This document shows, one piece after another, positions 25,901 through 37,900 of a DNA stretch of 42,442 nucleotides. Where the stretch lies: positions 6,510,001 to 6,552,442 of the forward strand of contig OY986947.1 of the NCBI GenBank assembly GCA_963920595.1. Direction: 5' to 3'. The translations under genes and the position numbers were made by a program. The notes below the pieces were generated by a model. The model was not told where the DNA came from, did no database searches, and saw only the letters and a list, made by a program, of their open reading frames with translations. The DNA comes from Eimeria praecox. Taxonomy: Eukaryota. Numbering within the stretch: the first letter of the stretch is position 1; every line of letters begins with the position of its first letter.

Positions 25901-28900
25901 AATATTGATCTCTGCGCGTTTCTTACCTTTGGTAGGAACAGCTTGTATGTCTGTGTAACGTGGCGCCAATCACGCTGCGGGCGGCAAGCCGAAAGCCGCT
26001 GCTGTTTGCATTGTTTATTGGAGTAACCTATGAGAAAGGATACATACTCTCTGCGCATCAGTACAGCGGAAGCACATGAGCCCTGGGAATTTGACGGACA
26101 GAAGCTGGGCCAGCTAGCAGAGCATGTAGAGCGGAGCACTTATTTGAATCAGAAAGTACGACGGATCAGTTCTGTATTTATATGGAAGAACGAATGCAGG
26201 CTTTCTATTCATTTGTTTCGCCGGTAGATGAGCCCAAATACGCCGCGCTGGTGATGCAAACAATACTGGAACTACCCTTGTTGCGGGCATAGGAGCGCTC
26301 TGTAGATATTTTTACTGTGTGTACTTGATGCGTTAGCATGCAAAGCAGACGTTGTAGCATGCACCGGCACCAATTTTACTGCTCCCGCATCGCCACGATA
26401 TCTCGTTGCCTGCTCCACAGAGAGTGCGCGTGGATGCAATGCATCATCATTAATTGTAAAGATATGCTCATATTGGAAAGGCTGCATAAATGGTGCACTT
26501 GCCATTTTCCTTCTATGCTTTTGACCCCGGCATGCGACGTATATAGCTGCAATATCAGAAAGCTTCTGGAGAAGCAACTATTTGCGGTTATTGCCACATG
26601 AGGTACATTTGTAGCCTTGAGCTTCAGGATGCGCCTCGGGCGATAGTTGTTGGATAAGAGAGGTTTGCGTTGTGCGTATAGAGCAGATACTTCGTATATC
26701 AGGTTGACGAGCGGTTGAAACGGGCACTTGGAATTTTAGAATGTGTAAAAAACAGTAACGCTGGATTTGACCCAGGTCTTGGAGATTAAACCGTTGCGCA
26801 CCTGATGTGAAACCGTCACGCTTTGAAAACGCTGCTGTGTGAGGCATGGTTTCTAATGTTTTATGCATTTTTCTTACTCAGTGCTTGCATTCGGTTGTAA
26901 GGCTAATATCACTTGCCGCCTTCAGATTAAGTTAAAGGGGGGAGTGTTCACTTTACACATTCTCCGTTTACGGACGGCTTAATGCTTGGCACAGTCCAGC
27001 GCTTCAAGGCGTAGAGAAAACTCGCCAAATGGCGCAAAGCAATCCTTCCATGGAAATGCGTTTCCTTCCAAAGTCCTATACATTTGATATAAATGGGGAT
27101 ACATGCTTAAGCTTCTTTTGGCTTGAAGCAGTGGACAGGGCAAACGAATCGGCTGCGGCCTTATCCTTTATCAGGCCTCGCACATTCGGAGTAAAGATGC
27201 TATGGGTACGCAGTCAATAAGCAATGGCATCGCGAGTGAGCCACAGAAATGTGCGACTCGCCTCGTGGCATTCGGTGCGTTGAGCGCTTGGACAGGGCTT
27301 TCTGCCCCGCCCGTTGCAATCTAGTGCAAGTGTGGATACACGATGAGCTAGTTCTTTGTTTTGTTACACGTTGATAGCCTCAGCGGGGCTCCTTAGTGGA
27401 ACAAGGTTTATTGAGGCTTGCCAACTAGAAAGACGTTTCCTAAGACCGTCCAAGGATCACCTTTCTTGAAATAGACTGTATGATAATTCTTTACCGGTAG
27501 AGCGGCATTGGCTTCTACATGGCTTCGTGATATTCAGAAACTCGCATGCCGCTTCCACCAGGCTTTATAGGAGGGTCAGATCAGTGCGCACGAAAATAGC
27601 ATAATTTCCATGAGCGTGCATCTTGTACTCCTTTGTACAGCCATCATAAGCGCCAGTCTCCGATGAAGAAAGCATGTGGCTTTTTAAACACAAGACACAC
27701 TCATGTGGTGCCGAAGCCTACCGTCACCGCAGTAGTTCACACATCGCTGCGGTCCCTAAGTTACCTTGAAGCCCGTACGTCGGCTTCTAACGGGCGTGCA
27801 GCACGTTAGAAAATGCCGCTAGCATATGAAAGCCAAGGGGAGGGTGGCCTTAGTCCATACCGAACACTACCCGTGCAGCTGTTACGTTCATTTGCTAACC
27901 GCGCAACAGGGGAAACTGCCACGCGCGCCGCCGCTGAGCGACCCCTTACGCATCCAATGCAGGCAGCGATCGTGCTGCATTTCGCTGGCTAACGTAACGT
28001 GAGGGGCTAGACGTCCGCCTTCGCGTCACGCTACTCAATCCACAAACCGTAATATATACTGCGGCAATTGCCCAAGTTGCTGTTTGCAATTTCTCTGTTA
28101 ATGGAAAGACAATTCATGGAGTAAGACAAAACTGAATTGAGCGTTTTGCCGCTTCCGACCTTCGGTATGTTTAGAGTAGAGGCCTGCATGTACAGAGAAA
28201 GAAGACGTCCTCGTACTCAGGATATGGCTCGGCAGCTGATTTATGTTACAACGCGAGCTTTTGCGCGGGTTTGGCAAGTTCAAGCGGTAGAGGCTGTGTG
28301 TAATGCGTATGGTGCTTGGTCGTGGTCGTCGACAAGAGGACTGAACATGCAGCTTGTCTAGGATTACTCGCTGTACAGTGTTGGGCAGGAAGCGCTGATG
28401 CCCTTGAAAAGCCGTCACGTACGTGTTGCGCATCCGCGAATGTCCTGAGAGATGCAAGGCGTGCCATGTTATGCAGAAATTGTGCACTTCACGAGAAGTG
28501 CGCCTTTTCCCCACACCAGAGTGTACGCTGTTTCTATGTTTTGCACCAGCAGATTGAGTTACAGAAACGTACACTGTGGAGGGGTGAGCGCACGCTCTAT
28601 GGGCGTGCATGCCTACATGCTTGTGGCAAGATCGAATGCGGTACAACACTGTGTTCACCATTTGAAAGTTGTTAATAAGAACGTGTTTATGTTGTCCGTG
28701 AATGTGGTCGGAGTGTGTTTGAGGGCTTGGCCGACGTAGAATGCAATTGCCATCCTTGCTCGCGAGGCTTGGGGAAGGGTACACTTGTGCTGCATTAGGT
28801 TGCAGCGTGGACTGAAATGTTTTAGCTATCGCGTTACTCCATTATTGTCCTACAGCTCGTGCGTGCTGTTCTTGTTGATGGGGTGTGTGCAGACACCTGG

Positions 28901-31900
28901 CGAGCAGTATTTGAGCAGCGGCGTCTTGAAGGAGAAGCCAGCGCATGCCTGTTGTTGGTTCCGTCATGTATTTAGTATCGCCTGCGGGATGCTTGATTCA
29001 CTTATTGCAGCACATTACAGGCATGGTGCATCAGTGGGCGTTGAATGCTGTCCGTGTGGGCAGAGGGGAACTGTACGTCTTTCAGCATAAGTACACTGCT
29101 AGCTGCAACAACCGAATATGCAACTAATGCGTGTGGTGAAGAACGACTAGTGTTGTATTGTGTGCCTGGTGCGGCAGGCATTTGCTTGCGTCGCAGAGTG
29201 TGAAAGGTTAGAAGTGGAATTGTGGTATGCGGCAAGGTGGTTTGCTGCACTTTGCTAAGCTTAGTGTGGCTTTTGCTCGGGAGGTGCACATATGATTTAT
29301 GAAATACTACTACGTAAGATAGTGGCTGTGTGGATCTGGGGCTCTTTGTGTTGTGTTGAAGGCTAGGCGTTCGCGGGCTTGGAGATTTGGCAGGAAGCAG
29401 GCGACACGGTGAACAAAGCTCGTTGGTTTTGACAATCGAGTTGGCCTGGAACACTTGGGGCATGTTGTGCCGTTTGTCTGTGTAATTGGATCTATCCCTT
29501 TGCAGGGGAGCAGTCAGCAGCGAAGGCCAGCATAAACGCACAGTGTGTATTGTGCTCCAGGTCAGGGTTGGTATTGCGTGCAGGACAATACGCGAGTACG
29601 TGTTTCACTGGAGTCCCATCAACAGATGCAAAGTGTACCCCGGTCGTGCGTTCGGCGTGTGTTATTGCAGGGCACACAACAATGCGGCTATTTGAGTCAG
29701 AAGGTACGATGCTAGGCCGCGGGTGCAACGATCTCTGCTTGCAGCTTCCTGCACAGCCGTGACTACAAAGGTTGCGGACGCCTGCTTTATTCACATCGAT
29801 AAGGAGCGCAGGGGCCTCAATAGAATAGATTTCGAGTAGCGGGGCTGTTTGTTGAGCTTGCGCACATACCGGAAGCTCTGCTTCCCACCGCTTAGCAAAG
29901 AGCGACAACGCACGAATTGCCGCACCCCCTCAAAACGAAATGCTGGAACATGCTCTACCACAAAGGGAATTTTTGATGCATTCCCGATACGCGTTGCAAA
30001 CGGCGTTCGCCATCTAGATCGCGGCATCATGCCTTCGAAACAGGCGGCATGGGGGCATTAGTGGCGGGGTGGCAGGCCCTTGCTGCCTCTCGCCCCTGGG
30101 GTATCAACTGTGCAGCAGTGGCATGCGTTCAGGTATAGCGTAGCCAACAAGCTTACTACCGCTTATGCACGCGTTTGGCCTCTCATGATTTTAGTTGAGG
30201 CACCTCACGTGCTAGGATTTGTTTGCGGATGTTCACGGCTAACGTGGCAGGTTCGGGGGTGGAGTAGAGGTTGAAAGTGAGCACACCGCGTACCGTAAAT
30301 GAGACTGTCGGAACTGTGTGGCGTTGCTGTTAGCAGTTTCATGGTAGATGGGAAACGAAGTAATGGAGTAAGGCAGCACTCGGCTAGGCATTTTGTCGCT
30401 TTCCGACCTTCGGTATGTTTAGGGTGGAGGTCTGCATGCACAGAGAAGGGGGACGTCTTGGTATTCAGGATGTGGCTCGGCAGCGGTTCTATGTTTAAGG
30501 GCGAGTCTTTGCGCGGGTTTGGCAAGTTCAAGCGGTAGAGGCCGTGTGCAATGCGTATGGTGCTTGGTCGTGGTCGTCGACAAGAGGACTGAACATGCAG
30601 CTTGTCTAGGATTACTCGCTGTACAGTGTTGGGCAGGAAGCGCTGATGCCCTTGAAAAGCCGTCACGTACGTGTTGCGCATCCGCGAATGTCCTGAGAGA
30701 TGCAAGGCGTGCCATGTTATGCAGAAATTGTGCACTTCATGAGAATGGCGCCTTTTCCCCACACCAGAGTGTACGCTGTTTCTATATTTTGCACCAGCAG
30801 ATTGAGTTACAGAAACGTACACTGTGGAGGGGTGAGCGCACGCTCTATGGGCGTGCATGCCTACATGCTTGTGGCAAGATCGAATGCGGTACAACACTGT
30901 GTTCACCATTTGAAAGTTGTTAATAAGAACATGTTTATGTTGTCCATGAATGTGGTCGGAGTGTGTTTGAGGGCTTGGCCGACGTAAAATGCAATTGCCA
31001 TCCTTGCTCGCGAGGCTTGGGGAAGGGTGCACTTGTGCTGCATTAGGTTGCAGCGTGGACTGGAATGTTTTAGCTATCGCGTTACTCCATTATTGTCCTA
31101 CAGCTCGTGCGTGCTGTTCTTGTTGATGGGGTGTGTGCAGACACCTGGCGAGCAGTATTTGAGCAGCGGCGTCTTGAAGGAGAAGCCAGCGCATGCCTGT
31201 TGTTGGTTCCGTCATGTATTTAGTATCGCCTGCGGGATGCTTGATTCACTTATTGCAGCACATTACAGGCATGGTGCATCAGTGGGCGTTGAATGCTGTC
31301 CGTGTGGGCAGAGGGGAACTGTACGTCTTTCAGCATAAGTACACTGCTAGCTGCAACAACCGAATATGCAACTAATGCGTGTGGTGAAGAACGACTAGTG
31401 TTGTATTGTGTGCCTGGTGCGGCAGGCATTTGCTTGCGTCGCAGAGTGTGAAAGGTTAGAAGTGGAATTGTGGTATGCGGCAAGGTGGTTTGCTGCACTT
31501 TGCTAAGCTTAGTGTGGCTTTTGCTCGGGAGGTGCACATATGATTTATGAAATACTACTACGTAAGATAGTGGCTGTGTGGATCTGGGGCTCTTTGTGTT
31601 GTGTTGAAGGCTAGGCGTTCGCGGGCTTGGAGATTTGGCAGGAAGCAGGCGACACGGTGAACAAAGCTCGTTGGTTTTGACAATCGAGTTGGCCTGGAAC
31701 ACTTGGGGCATGTTATGCCGTTTGTCTGTGTAATTGGATCTATCCCTTTGCAGGGGAGCAGTCAGCAGCGAAGGCCAGCATAAACGCACAGTGTGTATTG
31801 TGTTCCAGGTCAGGGTTGGTATTGCGTGCAGGACAATACGCGAGTACGTGTTTCACTGGAGTCCCATCAACAGATGCAAAGTGTACCCCGGTCGTGCGTT

Positions 31901-34900
31901 CGGCGTGTGTTATTGCAGGGCACGCACAACAATGCGGCTATTTGAGTCAGAAGGTACGATGCTAGGCCGCGGGTGCAACGATCTCTGCTTGCAGCTTCCT
32001 GCACAGCCGTGACTACAAAGGTTGCGGACGCCTGCTTTATTCACATCGATAAGGAGCGCAGGGGCCTCAATAGAATAGATTTCGAGTAGCGGGGCTGTTT
32101 GTTGAGCTTGCGCACATACCGGAAGCTCTGCTTCCCACCGCTTAGCAAAGAGCGACAACGCATGAATTGGCGCACCCCCTCAAAACGAAATGCTGGAACA
32201 TGCTCTACCACAAAGGGAATTTTTGATGCATTCCCGATACGCGTTGCAAACGGCGTTCGCCATCTAGATCGCGGCATCATGCCTTCGAAACAGGCAGCAT
32301 GGGGGCATTAGTGGCGGGGTGGCAGGCCCTTGCTGTCTCTGGCCCCTGGGGTATCAACTGTGCAGCAGTGGTATGCGTTCAGGTATAGCGTAGCCAACAA
32401 GCTTACTACCGCTTATGCACGCGTTTGGCCTCTCATGATTTTAGTTGAGGCACCTCACGTGCTAGGATTTGTTTGCGGATGTTCACGGCTAACGTGGCAG
32501 GTTCGGGGGTGGAGTAGAGGTTGAAAGTGAGCACACCGCGTACCGTAAATGAGACTGTCGGAACTGTGTGGCGTTGCTGTTAGCAGTTTCATGGTAGATG
32601 GGAAACGAAGTAATGGAGTAAGGCAGCACTCGGCTAGGCATTTTGTCGCTTCCGACCTTCGGTATGTTTAGGGTGGAGGTCTGCATGCACAGAGAAGGGG
32701 GACGTCTTGGTATTCAGGATGTGGCTCGGCAGCGGTTCTATGTTTAAGGGCGAGTCTTTGCGCGGGTTTGGCAAGTTCAAGCGGTAGAGGCTGTGTGCAA
32801 TGCGTATGGTGCTTGGTCGTGGTCGTCGACAAGAGGGCTGAACATGCAGCGTGTCTAGGATTACTCGCTGTACAGTGTTGGGCAGGAAGCGCTGATGCCC
32901 TTGAAAAGCCGTCACGTACGTGTTGCGCATCCGCGAATGTCCTGAGAGATGCAAGGCGTGCCATGTTATGCAGAAATTGTGCACTTCACGAGAAGTGCGC
33001 CTTTTCCCCACACCAGAGTGTACGCTGTTTCTATGTTTTGCACCAGCAGATTGAGTTACAGAAACGTACACTGTGGAGGGGTGAGCGCACGCTCTATGGG
33101 CGTGCATGCCTACATGCTTGTGGCAAGATCGAATGCGGTACAACACTGTGTTCACCATTTGAAAGTTGTTAATGAGAACGTGTTTATGTTGTCCGTGAAT
33201 GTGGTCGGAGTGTGTTTGAGGGCTTGGCCGACGTAGAATGCAATTGCCATCCTTGCTCGCGAGGCTTGGGGAAGGGTACACTTGTGCTGCATCAGGTTGT
33301 AGCGTGGACTGGAATGTTTTAGCTATCGCGTTACTCCATTATTGTACTACAGCTCGTGCGTGCCGTTCTTGTTGATGGGGTGTGTGCAGACACCTGGCGA
33401 GCACTATTTGGGCGGCGGCGTCTTGAAGGAGCAGCCAGCGCATGCCTGTTGTTGGTTCCGTCATGTATTTAGTATCGCCTGCGGGATGCTTGATTCACTT
33501 ATTGCAGCACATTACAGGCATGGTGCATCAGTGGGCGTTGAATGCTGTCCGTGTGGGCAGAGGGGAACTGTACGTCTTTCAGCATAAGCACACTGCTGGC
33601 TGCAACAACCGAATATGCAACTAATGCGTGTGGTGAAGAACGACTAGCGTTGCATTGTGCGCTTGATGCGGCAGGCATTTGCTTGCGTCGCAGAGTGTGA
33701 AAGGTTACAAGTGGAATTGTGGTATGCGGCAAGGCGGTTTGCTGCACTTTGCTAAGCTTAGTGTGGCTTTTGCTCGGGAGGTGCACATATGATTTATGAA
33801 ATACTACTACGTAAGATAGTGGCTGTGTGGATCTGGGGCTCTTTGTGTTGTGTTGAAGGCTAGGCGTTCGCGGGCTTGGAGATTTGGCAGGAAGCAGGCG
33901 ACACGGTGAACAAAGCTCGTTGGTTTTGACAATCGAGTTGGCCTGGAACACTTGGGGCATGTTGTGCCGTTTGTCTGTGTAAATGGATCTATCCCTTTGC
34001 AGGGGGGCAGTCAGCAGCGAAGGCCAGCATAAACGCACAGTGTGTATTGTGCTCCAGGTCAGGGTTGGTATTGCGTGCAGGACAATACGCGAGTACGTGT
34101 TTCACTGGAGTCCCATCAACAGATGCAAAGTGTACCCCGGTCGTGCGTTCGGCGTGTGTTATTGCAGGGCACGCACAACAATGCGGCTATTTGAGTCAGA
34201 AGGTACGATGCTAGGCCGCGGGTGCAACGATCTCTGCTTGCAGCTTCCTGCACAGCCGTGACTACAAAGGTTGCGGACGCCTGCTTTATTCACATCGATA
34301 AGGAGCGCAGGGGCCTCAATAGAATAGATTTCGAGTAGCGGGGCTGTTTGTTGAGCTTGCGCACATACCGGAAGCTCTGCTTCCCACCGCTTAGCAAAGA
34401 GCGACAACGCATGAATTGGCGCACCCCCTCAAAACGAAATGCTGGAACATGCTCTACCACAAAGGGAATTTTTGATGCATTCCCGATACGCGTTGCAAAC
34501 GGCGTTCGCCATCTAGATCGCGGCATCATGCCTTCGAAACAGGCAGCATGGGGGCATTAGTGGCGGGGTGGCAGGCCCTTGCTGTCTCTCGCCCCTGGGG
34601 TATCAACTGTGCAGCAGTGGTATGCGTTCAGGTATAGCGTAGCCAACAAGCTTACTACCGCTTATGCACGCGTTTGGCCTCTCATGATTTTAGTTGAGGC
34701 ACCTCACGTGCTAGGATTTGTTTGCGGATGTTCACGGCTAACGTGGCAGGTTCGGGGGTGGAGTAGAGGTTGAAAGTGAGCACACCGCGTACCATAAATG
34801 AGACTGTCGGAACTGTGTGGCGTTGCTGTTAGCAGTTTCATGGTAGATGGGAAACGAAGTAATGGAGTAAGGCAGCACTCGGCTAGGCATTTTGTCGCTT

Positions 34901-37900
34901 CCGACCTTCGGTATGTTTAGGGTGGAGGTCTGCATGCAGAGAGAAGGCGGACGTCTTGGCATTCAGGATGTGGCTCGGCAGCGGTTCTATGTTTAAGGGC
35001 GAGTCTTTGCGCAGGTTTGGCAAGTTCAAGCGGTAGAGGCTGTGTGTAATGCGTATGGTGCTTAGTAGTGGTCGTCGACAAGAGGACTGAACATGTAGCT
35101 TGTCTAGGATTACTCGCTGTACAGTGTTGGGTAGGAAACGCTCATGTCCTTGAAAAGCAGTCATGTAGATGCTGCTGTTGCCCATGCACAAAATGGAACG
35201 CGGTGCCATTTTATGGAGACAATGTGCACTTCATGAGAATGGCGCCTTTTCCCCACACTAGGGTGTACGCTGTTTCTATGTTTTGCTCCAGCAGATTGAT
35301 ATACAGAAACGTACACTGTGGAGGGGTGAGCGCACGCTCTATGGGCGTGCATGTTCGTCGGAAGCGCGAATGCGGAACAGCACTGTGTTCACCACTTTGA
35401 AGTTGCTAACAGGAACGTGTTGGCCATCCTTGCTCGCGAGGCTTGGGGAAGGGTACACTTGTGCTGCATTAGGTTGCAGCGTGGACTGGAATGTTTTAGC
35501 TATCGCGTTACTCCATTATTGTACTACAGCTCGTGCGTGCCGTTCTTGTTGATGGGATGTGTGCAGACATCTGGCGAGCACTATTTGGGCGGCGGCGTCT
35601 TGAAGGAGAAGCCAGCGCATGCCTGTTGTCGGTTCCCTCATGTATTTAGTATCGCCTGCGGGATGCTTGATTCACTTATTGCAGCACATTACAGGCATGG
35701 TGCATCAGTAGGCGTTGAATGTTGCTCCTGTGGGCAGAGGGGAACTGTACGTCTTTCAGCATAAGCACACTGCTGGCTGCAACAACCGAATATGCAACTA
35801 ACGCGTGTGGTGAAGAACGACTAGTGTTGCATTTTGCGCTTGATGCGGCAGGCATTTGCTTGCGTCGCAGAGTGTGAAAGGTTAGAAGTGGAATTGTGGT
35901 ATGCGGCAAGGTGGTTTGCTGCACTTTGCTAAGCTTAGTGTGGCTTTTGCTCGGGAGGTGCACATATGATTTATGAAATACTACTACGTAAGATAGTGGC
36001 TGTGTGGATCTGGGGCTCTTTGTGTTGTGTTGAAGGCTAGGCGTTCGCGGGCTTGGAGATTTGGCAGGAAGCAGGCGACACGGTGAACAAAGCTCGTTGG
36101 TTTTGACAATCGAGTTGGCCTGGAACACTTGGGGCATGTTGTGCCGTTTGTCTGTGTAATTGGATCTATCCCTTTGCAGGGGAGCAGTCAGCAGCGAAGG
36201 CCAGCATAAACGCACAGTGTGTATTGTGTTCCAGGTCAGGGTTGGTATTGCGTGCAGGACAATACGCGAGTACGTGTTTCACTGGAGTCCCATCAACAGA
36301 TGCAAAGTGTACCCCGGTCGTGCGTTCGGCGTGTGTTATTGCAGGGCACGCACAACAATGCGGCTATTTGAGTCAGAAGGTACGATGCTAGGCCGCGGGT
36401 GCAACGATCTCTGCTTGCAGCTTCCTGCACAGCCGTGACTACAAAGGTTGCGGACGCCTGCTTTATTCACATCGATAAGGAGCGCAGGGGCCTCAATAGA
36501 ATAGATTTCGAGTAGCGGGGCTGTTTGTTGAGCTTGCGCACATACCGGAAGCTCTGCTTCCCACCGCTTAGCAAAGAGCGACAACGCATGAATTGGCGCA
36601 CCCCCTCAAAACGAAATGCTGGAACATGCTCTACCACAAAGGGAATTTTTGATGCATTCCCGATACGCGTTGCAAACGGCGTTCGCCATCTAGATCGCGG
36701 CATCATGCCTTCGAAACAGGCAGCATGGGGGCATTAGTGGCGGGGTGGCAGGCCCTTGCTGTCTCTCGCCCCTGGGGTATCAACTGTGCAGCAGTGGTAT
36801 GCGTTCAGATATAGCGTAGCCAACAAGCTTACTACCGCTTATGCACGCGTTTGGCCTCTCATGATTTTAGTTGAGGCACCTCACGTGCTAGGATTTGTTT
36901 GCGGATGTTCACGGCTAACGTGGCAGGTTCGGAGGTGGAGTAGAGGTTGAAAGTGAGCACACCGCGTACCGTAAATGAGACTGTCGGAACTGTGTGGCGT
37001 TGCTGTTAGCAGTTTCATGGTAGATGGGAAACGAAATAATGGAGTAAGGCAGCACTCGGCTAGGCATTTTGTCGCTTCCGACCTTCGGTATGTTTAGGGT
37101 GGAGGTCTGCATGCAGAGAGAAGGCGGACGTCTTGGCATTCAGGATGTGGCTCGGCAGCGGTTCTATGTTTAAGGGCGAGTCTTTGCGCAGGTTTGGCAA
37201 GTTCAAGCGGTAGAGGCTGTGTGTAATGCGTATGGTGCTTAGTAGTGGTCGTCGACAAGAGGACTGAACATGTAGCTTGTCTAGGATTACTCGCTGTACA
37301 GTGTTGGGCAGGAAGCGCTGGTGCCCTTGAAAAGCAGTCATGTAGATGCTGCTGTTGCCCATGCACAAATGGAGCGCGGTGCCATTTTATGGAGACAATG
37401 TGCACTTCATGAGAATGGCGCCTTTTCCCCACACTAGGGTGTACGCTGTTTCTATGGTTTGCATCACCAGATTGATTTACAGAAACGTACACTGTGGAGG
37501 GGTGAGCGCACGCTCTATGGACGTGCATGTTCGTAGGAAGCGCGAATGCGGAACAACACTGTGCTCACCACTTTGAAGTTGCCAACAGGAACGTGTTGGC
37601 CATCCTTGCTCGCGAGGCTTGGGGAAGGATACACTTGTGCTGCATTAGGTTGTAGCGTGGACTGGAATGTTTTAGCTATCGCGTTACTCCATTATTGTAC
37701 TACAGCTCGTGCGTGCTGTTCTTGTTGATGGGGTGTGTGCAGACACCTGGCGAGCACTATTTGGGCGGCGGCGTCTTGAAGGAGCAGCCAGCGCATGCCT
37801 GTTGCCGGTTCCGTCATGTATTTAGTATCGCCTGCGGGATGCTTGATTCACTTATTGCAGCACATTACAGGCATGGTGCATCAGTGGGCGTTGAATGCTG

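Noticed and set aside
21187..27220. Short ORFs in the single-copy segment
   Set aside because: All are 153 aa or shorter, mutually overlapping and without recognisable motifs; consistent with random ORFs.
23583..27256. Other possible mini-exons in the spacer: cag|T|gtaagt (23586), cag|CGC|gtgcat (23699), cag|GTT|gtaaaa (23836), cag|GCCCC|gtatgc (24886), cag|AAAT|gtgcga (27247)
   Set aside because: They have weak donors or lengths that are not multiples of three, and cannot be separated from chance matches without transcripts.
29194..29552. cag|AGT|gtgaaa (29197) and cag|TGT|gtattg (29544) in array B
   Set aside because: Both lack the +5 G shared by all accepted donors. Left out of the model but not excluded without cDNA.
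30466..30477. cag|GAT|gtggct as an extra array B microexon
   Set aside because: The donor is non-consensus, and the B1 copy (28218) reads cagGATatgg with no GT.
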